Shown: piece after piece, positions 38,221 through 48,571 of the stretch
Layout of the letters: each line of letters begins with the position of its first letter
Position numbering within the stretch: position 1 is the first letter of the stretch
NCBI GenBank assembly: GCA_963719515.1
Contig: CAVRCJ010000010.1
Span: 704,001 to 768,000 of the forward strand
DNA from: an uncultured cyanobacterium
GTDB taxonomy: Bacteria > Cyanobacteriota > Cyanobacteriia > CAKZMO01
Direction: 5' to 3'
DNA length: 64,000 bases
The notes under the pieces: model-generated
The model's database searches: none
The model's input: the letters and a program-made list of their open reading frames with translations, nothing else
What the model was told of the DNA's origin: nothing
Program-made: the position numbers and the translations under genes

Positions 38221-39871
38221 ACGCCCTCGACTAAGTTTGCGGTGGGTTGCGCTGGCGCTACTGGCGGCCACGGTGGTGCTATTGCTGGGACAGCTGACCT
38301 GGCCTCAGGCTACCAGCGCCCAGGTCGTAGTAGAAACGGCTCCGGTGGTTGTCGATGGTCGGACGGTGTTCACCATCCGGGGCAGCGGTAACCAATCGGC
38401 AGCGAACCGGGCTCGCCAGATCAACGAGAAGCTCGATGAGCAGGTTAAGCTAGACGATGCCATAACCATTGAGGTGGTCGAGCGCGGCAACTTTGCCTCT
38501 CTCCAAAACGCGGATACCGAAGACTCGCTGGTGACGATAATCCCCAACGACGTGGCTCCAGGCAGCGAGCTTGAAAGCCAGAGCAGCGAGTGGGCCCTGG
38601 AATTACAGCAGGCGCTAAGGCGTAGCCAGCAGGAGCGACAGCCTGCCTATCTGCGTCAGGCCGCCCTCTATAGCCTGGGGCTCATTGCGGGGGCGATCGC
38701 CCTGCAGCTGGGGCTGCGGCTGCTGGGTCAGGTGGTGCTGCGCTATCTCACGGGCTGGTTCGAAACCCAGGGGCGATCGTTCGTAGAGTGGGAGCGACCG
38801 GCAACGCTGTTTTGGCGGCTGGGGCTGCTGGGAATTACGGTTGGTATTTGGCTGACGGTGGCGTTCTACGTCACCGACGTTTTTCCCCAGGTGCGCAACT
38901 GGCGCTACATCATTGGCACCTCCCTCAACGCCGAGGTGATCAACCTTGGGGAAGGCACCTATTCTGCCCTAGAGCTGCTGCTCATCCTGGGGCTCACCGT
39001 TGGCCTGTGGGTGGCCACCAGCGTCATTACCCGCTTCGTGCGCCGCCACGTCCTCGAGCGCGCCCGCATCGAGAAGCGGGTCCAGGACATCCTCAGCGTT
39101 CTAATTCACTATTCCCTGCTGTTTTTGGGGACCATGGTGCTGCTGCAGACCTGGGGCATCGACCTCAGCTCGCTGGCAATTTTGGCGAGCGTCCTGGGTG
39201 TGGGTATTGGTTTTGGCGTCCAAAACATCACCAACAACTTTATTAGCGGCTTCATCATCACCCTCGAATCCCCCATCCAGCTAGGCGACTTCATCAACGT
39301 GGGCGACCTGGTGGGCACCGTGGAAAATATCGGAGCCCGCAGCACAGAAATTCGCACCTTGGACCAGGTGACGATCATCGTTCCCAACTCGCGGTTCTTG
39401 GAAAGCGAGGTGATCAACTGGAGCCACGGCAACCCGGTATCGCGACTGCATGTGCCCGTGAGCGTTGCCTACGGCTCAGACCTCGGCCAGGTGAAAATGG
39501 CGCTGCTAGAAGCCATCCGGCGACACCCCGAAGTGCTGCTGCGGCCTGCGCCTGAGGTGTGGTTTCAGGGCTTTGGGGACAGCGCCCTCGACTTTGAAAT
39601 CATGGTGTGGACGGGAGACCCGCGCAAGCAGTTTCGCGTCAGAAGCGACTTGAACTACGAAATCGAGGCCAGCCTGCGCCGCTACGACATCGAAATCCCC
39701 TTCCCCCAGCGCGACCTCCACCTGCGATCGCCCCAGCTTGACGAGCTGATCCACATGCTGAAGGGTAACCTCGACCCTCGGCCAGATCAGGCCACTCCCC
39801 CCCCTCAAACAGCCCACCTGGACCCAACTAAACCAACAGAACCAACAAAAGCTGTGGACGAGGACCACTGA
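38201..39871 (+). CDS. MscS-family mechanosensitive channel with periplasmic N-terminal region
   Basis: GVGIGFGVQNITNNFISG, IVPNS, VAYGSD and IEIPFPQRD. Confidence 0.92.
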   Translation: MTHQRFRRPRLSLRWVALALLAATVVLLLGQLTWPQATSAQVVVETAPVVVDGRTVFTIRGSGNQSAANRARQINEKLDEQVKLDDAITIEVVERGNFASLQNADTEDSLVTIIPNDVAPGSELESQSSEWALELQQALRRSQQERQPAYLRQAALYSLGLIAGAIALQLGLRLLGQVVLRYLTGWFETQGRSFVEWERPATLFWRLGLLGITVGIWLTVAFYVTDVFPQVRNWRYIIGTSLNAEVINLGEGTYSALELLLILGLTVGLWVATSVITRFVRRHVLERARIEKRVQDILSVLIHYSLLFLGTMVLLQTWGIDLSSLAILASVLGVGIGFGVQNITNNFISGFIITLESPIQLGDFINVGDLVGTVENIGARSTEIRTLDQVTIIVPNSRFLESEVINWSHGNPVSRLHVPVSVAYGSDLGQVKMALLEAIRRHPEVLLRPAPEVWFQGFGDSALDFEIMVWTGDPRKQFRVRSDLNYEIEASLRRYDIEIPFPQRDLHLRSPQLDELIHMLKGNLDPRPDQATPPPQTAHLDPTKPTEPTKAVDEDH

Positions 39872-39873
39872 CG

Positions 39874-41778
39874 ATGCTGAACTTTCTTAAAGGCAAATTC
39901 AACCAGCCCGGAAGTTTAGTGCCTTTGGGGGGCCGCTATCAGGTGATGCGTCGCCTGGCGGCGGGCGGCTTTGGCCAAACCTTTCTTGCCCGCGACCTCC
40001 ACCTGCCGGGCCACCCCGTCTGCGTCGTCAAGCAGCTCAAGCCTCGCTTTAGCGACACCGGCAGCTTAGAGACAGCCCGGCGGCTGTTTGACACCGAAGC
40101 GCAGGTGCTCTACGAGCTAGGCCACCACAGCCAGATTCCCCGCCTGATGGCTCACTTCGAGGAAGACCAGGAATTTTACCTGGCCCAGGAGTATGTCGAA
40201 GGGGAGCCCCTCAGCGAGGTGTGGGTGAGCGGACAGACTTGGGAGGCGGGGCGGGTGATGGCCCTGCTGCGGGATATTCTGCGGGTGCTGTCGTTTGTCC
40301 ACGAGAAAAACGTCATTCACCGGGACATCAAGCCCGCCAACCTTCTGTGCCGTCGCCGTGACGGGCAGGTTGTGCTGATAGACTTTGGCGCGGTCAAGCA
40401 GGTGAACACCGCAATTATTGACCCCCAACGGGGGCGCACCAACCTGACGGTGTCCATCGGCACCCAGGGCTACATGCCCAGCGAACAGCTCAGCGGCCAG
40501 CCCCGCTTTAGCAGCGACGTCTACGCCGTGGGTATGGTGGCCGTGCAGGCGCTCACCGGGGTCGCCCCCCATCACCTGACAGAAGACCCGACGACGGGAG
40601 AGGTAGATTGGCGGGCCGCTAATCCCCAGGTGACTCAGGCCCTAGACCCAGGGCTGGCGGACCTGCTTGACCACATGGTCTACTACGATTTTCGCGCCCG
40701 CTACGCCACGGCGGCGGTGGCGCTAGCGGCCCTTGAAGCGCTGCCAGCGGGGCTGCAAAGCAGCATTCCAGAGCGGTGGTATGTGCCAACCGAGCTGCCC
40801 GACACCAGCGTAGAAGACAGCTCCGACGCAGTAGCTCTGCCTGCCGCCGAGTCTTCCCGCGCTAGCAGCCAGCCTACCGAAGTGGTAGGCGATCGCTCCG
40901 ACCTTTCTGAGCCCCTCACCGCCACGACCCTAGCCCCCGGAACGTCAATCTTCACGGCGCGCGTCTGGATATTGGGGGGCTTGGCCGGGCTGGTTGGTTT
41001 GGCCCTGCTGCGGCTGGGGATTGGCCTGATGACGCCCGAGCTTGGAGGCGAAAGGGCAGCTTCTCCAGATTCCTCAACCGCCCTGGATGAGGCCCCGGAA
41101 GCACCTCTGCTAGAGACCACCTCTGAGGGCGATACGGACCCAGAAGACTCCCCCAACCCCGCTGATGATACCCCACCCCCCAGTCCTCAGCCCAACGCCG
41201 CCGAATCGGCAGCGCCCGCAGCTGAGGCAGCAATCGCGCAAGCCAATACCCTGCGTCAGCAGGGGCAGTATCCCCAGGCTTTAGCGGCCTACGAGCAGGC
41301 GATCGCCGCTAGCCCTGACTCTGCTGAGGCCCACTGGGGTCAGTGCTATAGCCTCAACCGCCTGCAGCAGCCCGAGGCCGCGATCGCCGCCTGCGACCGG
41401 GCGCTGGCGCTCAAGCCCGACCACGCCGACGCGCTGTCCAGCAAAGGCTATGCCCTGCAGCTCCAGGGAAAAAACAACGCGGCGCTGGTGCTCTTTGATC
41501 GGGCGGTTGCCAGTGACCCCAGCAACGCCGACGCCTTGACCAATCGCGGCACGGCGCTGCTGCTGCTAGGGCAGTACCAACAGGCGCTGGCGTCGTTTGA
41601 TGAGGCGATCGCGGTGCAGCCCGACATGCCAGAGGCCTGGAGCAATCGGGGCGCGGCGCTTTGGGAGTCGGGCCGGCGAGACGAGGCGGCTGGCTCGGTG
41701 GAAAAGGCGCTGACGCTCAGGCCCGACTATGCTGAGGCCCAACAGCTGCGGCAGGCTATGCGCAATCAGGGGTATTAA
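39874..41778 (+). CDS. Ser/Thr protein kinase with TM helix and TPR repeats
   Basis: GGFGQT, VVKQL, HRDIKPAN, DFG and YMPSEQ; C-terminal TPRs. Confidence 0.93.
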   Translation: MLNFLKGKFNQPGSLVPLGGRYQVMRRLAAGGFGQTFLARDLHLPGHPVCVVKQLKPRFSDTGSLETARRLFDTEAQVLYELGHHSQIPRLMAHFEEDQEFYLAQEYVEGEPLSEVWVSGQTWEAGRVMALLRDILRVLSFVHEKNVIHRDIKPANLLCRRRDGQVVLIDFGAVKQVNTAIIDPQRGRTNLTVSIGTQGYMPSEQLSGQPRFSSDVYAVGMVAVQALTGVAPHHLTEDPTTGEVDWRAANPQVTQALDPGLADLLDHMVYYDFRARYATAAVALAALEALPAGLQSSIPERWYVPTELPDTSVEDSSDAVALPAAESSRASSQPTEVVGDRSDLSEPLTATTLAPGTSIFTARVWILGGLAGLVGLALLRLGIGLMTPELGGERAASPDSSTALDEAPEAPLLETTSEGDTDPEDSPNPADDTPPPSPQPNAAESAAPAAEAAIAQANTLRQQGQYPQALAAYEQAIAASPDSAEAHWGQCYSLNRLQQPEAAIAACDRALALKPDHADALSSKGYALQLQGKNNAALVLFDRAVASDPSNADALTNRGTALLLLGQYQQALASFDEAIAVQPDMPEAWSNRGAALWESGRRDEAAGSVEKALTLRPDYAEAQQLRQAMRNQGY

Positions 41779-41818
41779 ACAGTAAAAGACGTGGCCTGGC
41801 GGGAGGACAGAGCCACCG

Positions 41819-42541
41819 CTAACGCGATCGCCGCGTATTGAGCGCGTAGCAAAAGCGATCGGCCCGTGAGATGGTCTCGCCGTGAACTATCGGCTGTCCG
41901 CCCTGACCGCAGGCGGTATAGCGGTAAACGATCAGGGGCTGACCGATAGGAACCTCTAGATGCTGGCTGGTTTCGTAGTTTGCGTGGGTGCATTCAATCG
42001 TCGAATCCACCGTTTCAATCAAGACGTTGTGATGCTCCAGCGTCGGGAAGGTCATCTGGTGAGTCAGCGCAGCGGCGAACTGCTCGCCTAGCTCGGGCAA
42101 AATGTAGCTAATATCGATGGCACCGGCCGCGCCATCCATAAAGAACAGCTTTTTTTGCAGATAGACCGTTTGCCCATCGCCGAGCTGGAGGCTAGCTCGA
42201 ACTTCTGGCGGTGCCTCAACTGCTTCAAAAGTCAGGCTGTCAAACGTGAAGCGGATGCCCTGCCGCGCCATATCCTCCGCCAAAAACACCAAGGGGCTAG
42301 ACAGCGAGTAGGCTACCTTTTGCTGCGGCGTCACAAACACGCCCTTACCCTGATGAGAACTCGCTAACCCCTGATTGATCAAGTTGGCGATCGCCTGACG
42401 TACCGTGATTCGGCTGACCTCAAAGGTCTTCATCAGCTGGTGCTCGCTGGGAAGGCGATCGCCCGGCTGATAGTCCCCCGCTTCAATCTGCCCGCGCAGC
42501 TGTTCAGAGATCGCAATATGGAGCGGGGCCGATGTTGTCAT
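41819..42541 (-). CDS. GntR-family (HutC/UTRA) transcriptional regulator
   Basis: LPSEHQL, VSRITVRQA and GKGVFV; UTRA-sized C-terminus. Confidence 0.92.
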   Translation of the reverse strand: MTTSAPLHIAISEQLRGQIEAGDYQPGDRLPSEHQLMKTFEVSRITVRQAIANLINQGLASSHQGKGVFVTPQQKVAYSLSSPLVFLAEDMARQGIRFTFDSLTFEAVEAPPEVRASLQLGDGQTVYLQKKLFFMDGAAGAIDISYILPELGEQFAAALTHQMTFPTLEHHNVLIETVDSTIECTHANYETSQHLEVPIGQPLIVYRYTACGQGGQPIVHGETISRADRFCYALNTRRSR

Positions 42542-42578
42542 GGGTCAAATTAGCAGCTTTCGTATCGCTTGGCACACC

Positions 42579-42629
42579 CTTGTTATAGCAAGCGCAGGTA
42601 TGCTAACTTCGACTTGTTATGACAAGTCG
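42579..42629. promoter_or_regulatory. two probable GntR/HutC operators
   Basis: CTTGTTATAGCAAG (42579-42592) and CGACTTGT-TATG-ACAAGTCG (42610-42629) in the divergent promoter. Confidence 0.7.
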
Positions 42630-42678
42630 TCTCGAGCAGGTCTCGAGAGCCCAGTCCCCGCAGCCCCATCTCCAGATC

Positions 42679-43638
42679 ATGCCTATCTCTACCGCTTCCA
42701 CTGCGACTACCTCCGAAAGGCCTGCTCCTGAAGCGACCGTCTCTAGCCCCAATCCCCGGCAGCTGCTATCGCCCGAGGACTTGACCCCGCTCAACGCGCG
42801 CTCCAACTACCGGGGCGGCATTCGACTTTGCGGCCACCTCATGGTTCTCGCCCTCAGCGGCTACCTGTGGGGCCATGCGCCGCTTCGGCTAGCGCTACCG
42901 GCTCTCGCGGTCTACGGCGCTGGCCTGGCCCTGATGTTTTGCGCCATGCATGAATGCTGCCACCGCACTGCCTTTGCCAGCAACTCGCTTAACGATGGGG
43001 CCGCCTGGCTTGCAGGGCTGCTGTCGTTCTATAACAGCACCTTCTACCGGCGCTATCACAAGTGGCACCACCGCTACACCCAGATTCCGGGTAAAGACCC
43101 TGAGCTGGATGACCCCAAACCTGAATCCTGGCTCCAGTATCTCTGGCAGCTTTCCGGTATTCCCTGGTGGATAGGGAAGCTGCGCGGCCACAGCCGGGTG
43201 GCGCTGGGTCAGCTTGAGGGTTGCTATTTCCTTCCCGAAAGTGCCCATAGGGAAGTGATTGCCTCAACGCGGCTGCAGCTCGGCTGCTACGGAGCGGCGA
43301 TCGCCCTTTCAGCGGCGTTAGGACATCCGGGCTTCATCGTCACCTACTGGCTCCTGCCCCTGGCCATCGGTCAGCCCCTGCTGCGGTTCGTGCTGCTGGC
43401 CGAGCACACCGGCTGCACCACCATTGACAACCCCCTCACCAATACCCGCACCACCCTGACGCTCTGGCCCCTGCATTTTCTGATGTGGAATATGCCCTAC
43501 CACGCCGAGCACCACCTCTACCCTTCCATGCCCTTCCACACCCTGCCCCAGGCTCACGCCAAGCTGCGATCGCACTTTGCCCAGGTCGATCAGGGCTATG
43601 TGCATGTGAACCGCACCATCGCGGCGGCATTTGAGTAA
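42679..43638 (+). CDS. fatty acid desaturase-superfamily di-iron enzyme (MocD-like)
   Basis: His boxes HECCH, HKWHH and HAEHH. Confidence 0.88.
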   Translation: MPISTASTATTSERPAPEATVSSPNPRQLLSPEDLTPLNARSNYRGGIRLCGHLMVLALSGYLWGHAPLRLALPALAVYGAGLALMFCAMHECCHRTAFASNSLNDGAAWLAGLLSFYNSTFYRRYHKWHHRYTQIPGKDPELDDPKPESWLQYLWQLSGIPWWIGKLRGHSRVALGQLEGCYFLPESAHREVIASTRLQLGCYGAAIALSAALGHPGFIVTYWLLPLAIGQPLLRFVLLAEHTGCTTIDNPLTNTRTTLTLWPLHFLMWNMPYHAEHHLYPSMPFHTLPQAHAKLRSHFAQVDQGYVHVNRTIAAAFE

Positions 43639-44649
43639 TGGCTTCCTGCTTCCTCCTCAAGAACTTTACCCTCCAGTGCGGCGTCACGCTGCCGGAGGCC
43701 GAGCTGGTATACGAAACCTACGGTGAGCTGAACGGCGATTGCTCCAACGCCGTGCTCTACCCCACCTCCTACGGCGCGCAGCACAGCGACATCGACTGGC
43801 TCATCCGTCCGGGCGGCATCTTGGACCCCACGCGGTGGTTTGTGATCATTCCCAACATGTTGGGCAACGGGCTGTCCTCCTCGCCCAGCAGCTGCCCGAC
43901 CCTAGCCCAGCCAGACACCTACACCACCCACCTCGACAACGTCACCGCCCAGGAGGCCCTGCTGCAGTCCCTCGGCATCGAGCGGCTGGCGCTGGTCTAT
44001 GGCTGGTCGATGGGGGCGCAGCAGGCCTACCATTGGGGAGCCCTGCATCCCGAGCGGGTAGAGCGCATCGCGGCCCTATGCGGCACCGCCAAAACCACCG
44101 ACCACAACCGCGTTTTCCTGTATAGCCTGCGGGCGGCGCTGACGGGAGACCCGGCCTGGAAAGGCGATCGCTTTGAGGGAGTGCCGGAGCAGGGCTTTCA
44201 CACTTTTGCCATGATCTACGCTAGCTGGGCGGCGTCTCAGTCCTACTATCGGGAGGCCCCTTATTTGCAGTTAGGGTATTCGATCTTTGGAGGACTACCT
44301 ACAGCGGGGCTGGGAGGCAGGCTACCGCAAGCGCGACCCCCACAATTTGCTGGCGATGATCGACACCTGGCTGCGCTGCGACCTGGGGAATAACCCGACT
44401 TACGAGGGGGACTACGCCAAGGCGCTGGGGTCGATTTCAGCAAGGACGCTGGTGATGCCCGCGACGACGGACCTTTACTTCACCCCGGAAGACTGCGAGG
44501 CGGAGGCAAAGCTAATGCCCAATGCCCAGTACCGCCCGATTCCGTCGATTTGGGGCCACCGGGCGGGCAACCCATATCAAAATCCTGAGGATGAAGCGTT
44601 TATTCGAGAGGCGATCGCGGCACTGCTGAGCGACAAGCCAAAGGCTTAG
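43638..44649 (+). pseudogene. MetX-like alpha/beta hydrolase with a +1 frameshift near 44280 (real or sequencing error)
   Basis: YETYGELN and GWSMG in the first frame; DLYF and WGHRAG in the shifted frame; TAATG coupling to the desaturase. Confidence 0.8.
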
Positions 44650-45248
44650 CCGAAAATATCGGTGACCGTCAAGCCAAAGTTTGGAACGATATCTGAGGCG
44701 ATAGTCGCAGACTGGCCCTCTTGGGTCAACGCTTCGGCTCCGCCGTAAACCGTATCCTCGTATAGGCCGTTCTCCCAGCGGCATTGGGTGATCTGTCTCT
44801 TCTCAGGGTCCACAATCCAGTATTCGGCGATGCTCCGGGCCGCGTATTCGGTGCGCTTGTAGCGGTAGTCTCGATCCCGATTTTTCTGGCCTGGAGACAC
44901 AATCTCGATGACAAGGGCGGGCGGCGGCATGTCGTGGGTGAGGGTGGCCCGCTTGGTGCCCGCTAGGGCTGCTTTTGATTCTTCTGAATGAACCAGCAGG
45001 TCGGGAATGCGGCAGGTGGCGCGGCGTCCGGAGACTTCGATTTCGGTATCTTTGTAGGCCAATAAGGCGAGGGGAACGGACTTTGCCAGCTCAAACAGGA
45101 GACGCTTGGCGATGTCGTTGTTTTCGTCGGATTCGGGCGGCATGTCCACTAAGGTTCCATTCACCAGCTCACAGCGTCTGTCCGCGAAACCGTCAAGGGA
45201 CAGGTACTCGTCTAGGGTGAGGTATGGCTTTAGGACAGGCTGAACCAT
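44646..45248 (-). CDS. Uma2 (DUF820) family endonuclease
   Basis: ELVNG, IPDL, LVIEIVSP and EYWIVDP. Confidence 0.92.
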   Translation of the reverse strand: MVQPVLKPYLTLDEYLSLDGFADRRCELVNGTLVDMPPESDENNDIAKRLLFELAKSVPLALLAYKDTEIEVSGRRATCRIPDLLVHSEESKAALAGTKRATLTHDMPPPALVIEIVSPGQKNRDRDYRYKRTEYAARSIAEYWIVDPEKRQITQCRWENGLYEDTVYGGAEALTQEGQSATIASDIVPNFGLTVTDIFG

Positions 45249-45342
45249 TGTCGGTCGTGGGTGAGACGTGTTTGTCTATGGTAGGCGTTTCTTTCCTCAG
45301 ACGCAGTACGCCAGCACTTAGAAAAAAGCTAATCGAAAAGGG

Positions 45343-45930
45343 CTAATCTTTGAATTGTTCTACTACTAGCGTGAAGCCCGGTAGCACTGCTTCGCCTGAT
45401 AATTCGGTGGGCAGCGATCGCACCTCTTTCACGCTCCCCTGGCGGTAAATTTCGACCTGCTGCTTTTGGGGATTGATCAGCCAGCCCAAGCGAACGCCGC
45501 TATCCATATATTCCTGCATTTTCTCCTGCAGTGTGGTCAGGCTGTCCGTAGGCGACCTCAGCTCGATAACAAAGTCTGGAGCAAGGGGAGGAAATTTTTG
45601 CCGCTGCTCTGGGGTGAGGCGCTGCCAGCGGGATAGCTCTACCCAAGCCACATCGGGGGAGCGATCGCCACCGTTGGGGAGCTTGAATAGCGTGGAAGAG
45701 CTGAAGACTTTGCCCAGCTTGGTGCGGCGGTTCCAAAGGCCTAAATCGATGCCCAATTCGAGTTCTTTGTTTCCGCTTTCGCCGCCAACGGGGGACATAA
45801 AGATTAGGGCTCCTTGGCGATCGCGCTCGATGGCGAGGTCGGGGTTATTGAGGCAGAGCTGGTAGAACTGCGCATCGCTGAGGGGAATGTGGGTGAGGTC
45901 GATTTTGAGGGGGAGGGTGAGAGGAGGCAT
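45343..45930 (-). CDS. Uma2 (DUF820) family endonuclease
   Basis: RSPDVAW, PDFVIELRSP and LGWLINP. Confidence 0.92.
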   Translation of the reverse strand: MPPLTLPLKIDLTHIPLSDAQFYQLCLNNPDLAIERDRQGALIFMSPVGGESGNKELELGIDLGLWNRRTKLGKVFSSSTLFKLPNGGDRSPDVAWVELSRWQRLTPEQRQKFPPLAPDFVIELRSPTDSLTTLQEKMQEYMDSGVRLGWLINPQKQQVEIYRQGSVKEVRSLPTELSGEAVLPGFTLVVEQFKD

Positions 45931-46014
45931 ATGGATAAGCCTATCGCTAGTAAGGGCCTGCACTCGTTGTTATTGTGCGCTATGAACTGGTGAGACTATC
46001 GTCGCGAGGCTACA

Positions 46015-47202
46015 CTAAGGCAGATCATCTTCAAGTTGAATATCGCGCAGAGAATATCGTTTATCTGTAGACGTATTAGAGCTTTCTAAAACCTCTACGA
46101 CAACCTGACGGTTCACCATGGGCCCAATCACATCATCAATTTCGTCTTCAGCATCATAGATTCTTTCATTTTTACCGTTGATGCTTACTTCAATCCAGTC
46201 ACTGTCTAGCTGTAAGCCGCGAAGTATTCCCTTCAACTGAACAACTTTACGAGCAGAGACTTGCTGAAGAGCGATGTCAGGCGCACTTATGAAATTCACC
46301 TCAGGCTTTTTCAAGACTTGCTTAATCACTTTACGAGTATCTGTACTAAGAACGACTGGATAAGGATAAATGTCGTTGCTAGAGTTGATCTTGATTTGAT
46401 CAAATGATTTTCCTGAAGCAGGTGGTGCAAGCTCGCGAGTCAATTTTAGAAACGCTTTTCTATAATCTTCTTGAGGAACCACTTCAGCTAGTTTTCCCTC
46501 AGGATCTTGCGCAGTTGCTCTAACAATCTCAAGAAACTTCTTAGTAATTTGCTCTACACGCAATTCAACATTTTCCATGCCAGCAAAGCCAAGCTGCTTA
46601 AAGTCTTGAGGTTTGCGCACTCGGACTTCAAACTGGTAACTACCAGCAGGAGCCTGGAAGAGCCAAGGATCGCATTGGCTTTTAATGTTTTGGCTAGGGG
46701 CACCGCGAGTCCTGAGAGGCTGCTCTAAAAGAAGTTCCGTCGTCCGATAAAATATATTTTTGATTCGATCAACTTTTTCTAGAATAAGTTCTAATGGAGC
46801 CGCGCCGTATAAAATTTCTCCCCCGCTTACTGAAACTAAAACTTCACCCTCTATGAACTGAATTCCCGACTTGGCACGGGATTCTTCGTAACGAATCATC
46901 TGTAGCATATCTTCTAGCTCATCTATGGCAAAGGGTGCTAAGAGCTCAGTAGCCAACCACTTATGGGCAGCACGCCTTGCTTGAGCAAGCTCTTTAGCCT
47001 TGTAGTAGAGCGAAACGGCGCTAACGGCTGTAATACTTATAGTTCTGGTTTTGCTAGGAGCGAGACTTTCTATCGCATACGTCTCCGCTTCTGCAGCTAA
47101 GCGGTAAAAATCAGCAGCACGATCATGGTCATGACGTGCATTGAGCTCTTCTGCTTGACTCACATATTCTTCGCTCTGAGTATGATGTATTAACCAGCTC
47201 AT
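46015..47202 (-). CDS. hypothetical protein, AT-rich, second gene of a coupled pair
   Basis: 395-aa ORF; ATGA overlap with the upstream gene. Confidence 0.8.
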   Translation of the reverse strand: MSWLIHHTQSEEYVSQAEELNARHDHDRAADFYRLAAEAETYAIESLAPSKTRTISITAVSAVSLYYKAKELAQARRAAHKWLATELLAPFAIDELEDMLQMIRYEESRAKSGIQFIEGEVLVSVSGGEILYGAAPLELILEKVDRIKNIFYRTTELLLEQPLRTRGAPSQNIKSQCDPWLFQAPAGSYQFEVRVRKPQDFKQLGFAGMENVELRVEQITKKFLEIVRATAQDPEGKLAEVVPQEDYRKAFLKLTRELAPPASGKSFDQIKINSSNDIYPYPVVLSTDTRKVIKQVLKKPEVNFISAPDIALQQVSARKVVQLKGILRGLQLDSDWIEVSINGKNERIYDAEDEIDDVIGPMVNRQVVVEVLESSNTSTDKRYSLRDIQLEDDLP

Positions 47203-47762
47203 GATTCTTCATCAACTGTATGAAGTAGTACCAACTGTACACTGAAGCCAACGATAGATACTAAGGCAGGTAGATTACTATTGCCTCTTCTAGCTTGATC
47301 GATCTTGACACGTAGTCGCTTCTTCACCTCTGCCTTATTTGAACTCGTTCCTGAAATTTCTAATCTAAAGCAATTTTCCAAGTCTTCTAAATCTCGGTTG
47401 CTCAAAGCAACGTAATAGTCTGCACCTGTGCCCTTTGACATACGCCGAATAGCAAAAATATTTCTTAGAAGCTCTATTGTTGCAATTGCAAAAGCGCAAG
47501 CTCCAGCTTCTGTCGCATCATCTTTATCCCATGCTGCTTTAATTCTATTATCCGTTGCCTTCCACTCTACCCTTGCTATAGATTCGTCATTATCATCTTC
47601 TAGAGTAAATTCTTTAGGTGAAAGATGATGGCGATCGAGACAAACTCTGGCAGCTTCAAGGTAGCTATTTGCAATAGACTGGGTGAGAGCCTGATGTCGC
47701 TCAGCCATATCCTCTATAGGTAGTAAAGGAAGATCACTATCAGTCAAAATTAACCTCAACAA
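47199..47762 (-). CDS. hypothetical protein, possible PD-(D/E)xK-like nuclease fold
   Basis: ATEAGA...GTGADYY...RLEISG pattern; start uncertain. Confidence 0.65.
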   Translation of the reverse strand: MLRLILTDSDLPLLPIEDMAERHQALTQSIANSYLEAARVCLDRHHLSPKEFTLEDDNDESIARVEWKATDNRIKAAWDKDDATEAGACAFAIATIELLRNIFAIRRMSKGTGADYYVALSNRDLEDLENCFRLEISGTSSNKAEVKKRLRVKIDQARRGNSNLPALVSIVGFSVQLVLLHTVDEES

Positions 47763-48158
47763 ATAAGAGCGGTTTTATTCCTTTCTACTAAATCTACCCG
47801 CGTGGCGTAGTGAATGTCCAAAACAATACAACTACGTCTTGGTGCGATCGCCCCCTCACCAAAATTTCCCTTCACCACGGTTGCGATGGTCGAAGACCGG
47901 TCCTCAAGGACCATCGCCCCCCAACTCATGTATTCTCTCACTCAGCGCTCAAACACAGGCGCTCTCCAGAGGTGGTGAAGACACCTCCAGAGAGCTGAGC
48001 CCGCGCGAACTGGACATGGCAGAACGGCGGACCTACAGTTGAGTTTACAGCTCTCCTGGTGGCCCACCCCACTTTGCCTGCCTTCCCCGAAGGCGCACAG
48101 CAAGCGGGGTGTCTTGCTGTTTGGGCGCGTTATAAAACACCACCAGGAGAACAACTCA

Positions 48159-48452
48159 ATGACCCACGAAACGCCCCGCGATTGCCCCGGGGCCAACTCT
48201 GGCAGGCCCGACCCCAGCCAGGAGGCCTTACCCTACCCCTCCACGCCGCTGCCCCCCTCCAGCCAGCAGCCCACAGGCGGCTTTTATCGCCTGCGCATCA
48301 TCGCCACCGGGGTACCCCAAGCCGTGCAAAGCCACGTCAATGCCATGTACCACTTTGGCTACGCGCAGCCCTGGCAGTGGACCGACCCCGTCCCCACCGC
48401 CGACCCCGGCGAAGTGATGCGCGTCCTCACTAAGCAGGTACCTGCGCCTTAG
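48159..48452 (+). CDS. small cyanobacterial hypothetical protein; paralog of 27451-27873
   Basis: AGGAG RBS before ATG 48159; shared C-terminal domain. Confidence 0.7.
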   Translation: MTHETPRDCPGANSGRPDPSQEALPYPSTPLPPSSQQPTGGFYRLRIIATGVPQAVQSHVNAMYHFGYAQPWQWTDPVPTADPGEVMRVLTKQVPAP

Positions 48453-48484
48453 CAGGACGGGTGCATTCGCGCCCAGAGGCCACC

Positions 48485-48518
48485 AAGGCACCGGAGCTTC
48501 CCCATAGCTCCGGTGCCT
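48485..48518 (+). terminator. 14-bp stem hairpin
   Basis: AAGGCACCGGAGCT / AGCTCCGGTGCCTT. Confidence 0.65.
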
Positions 48519-48571
48519 TAGAATTTGGATAGAACCACTTGAATAGAAACACCGCGAGAGGCAGCGCAACC

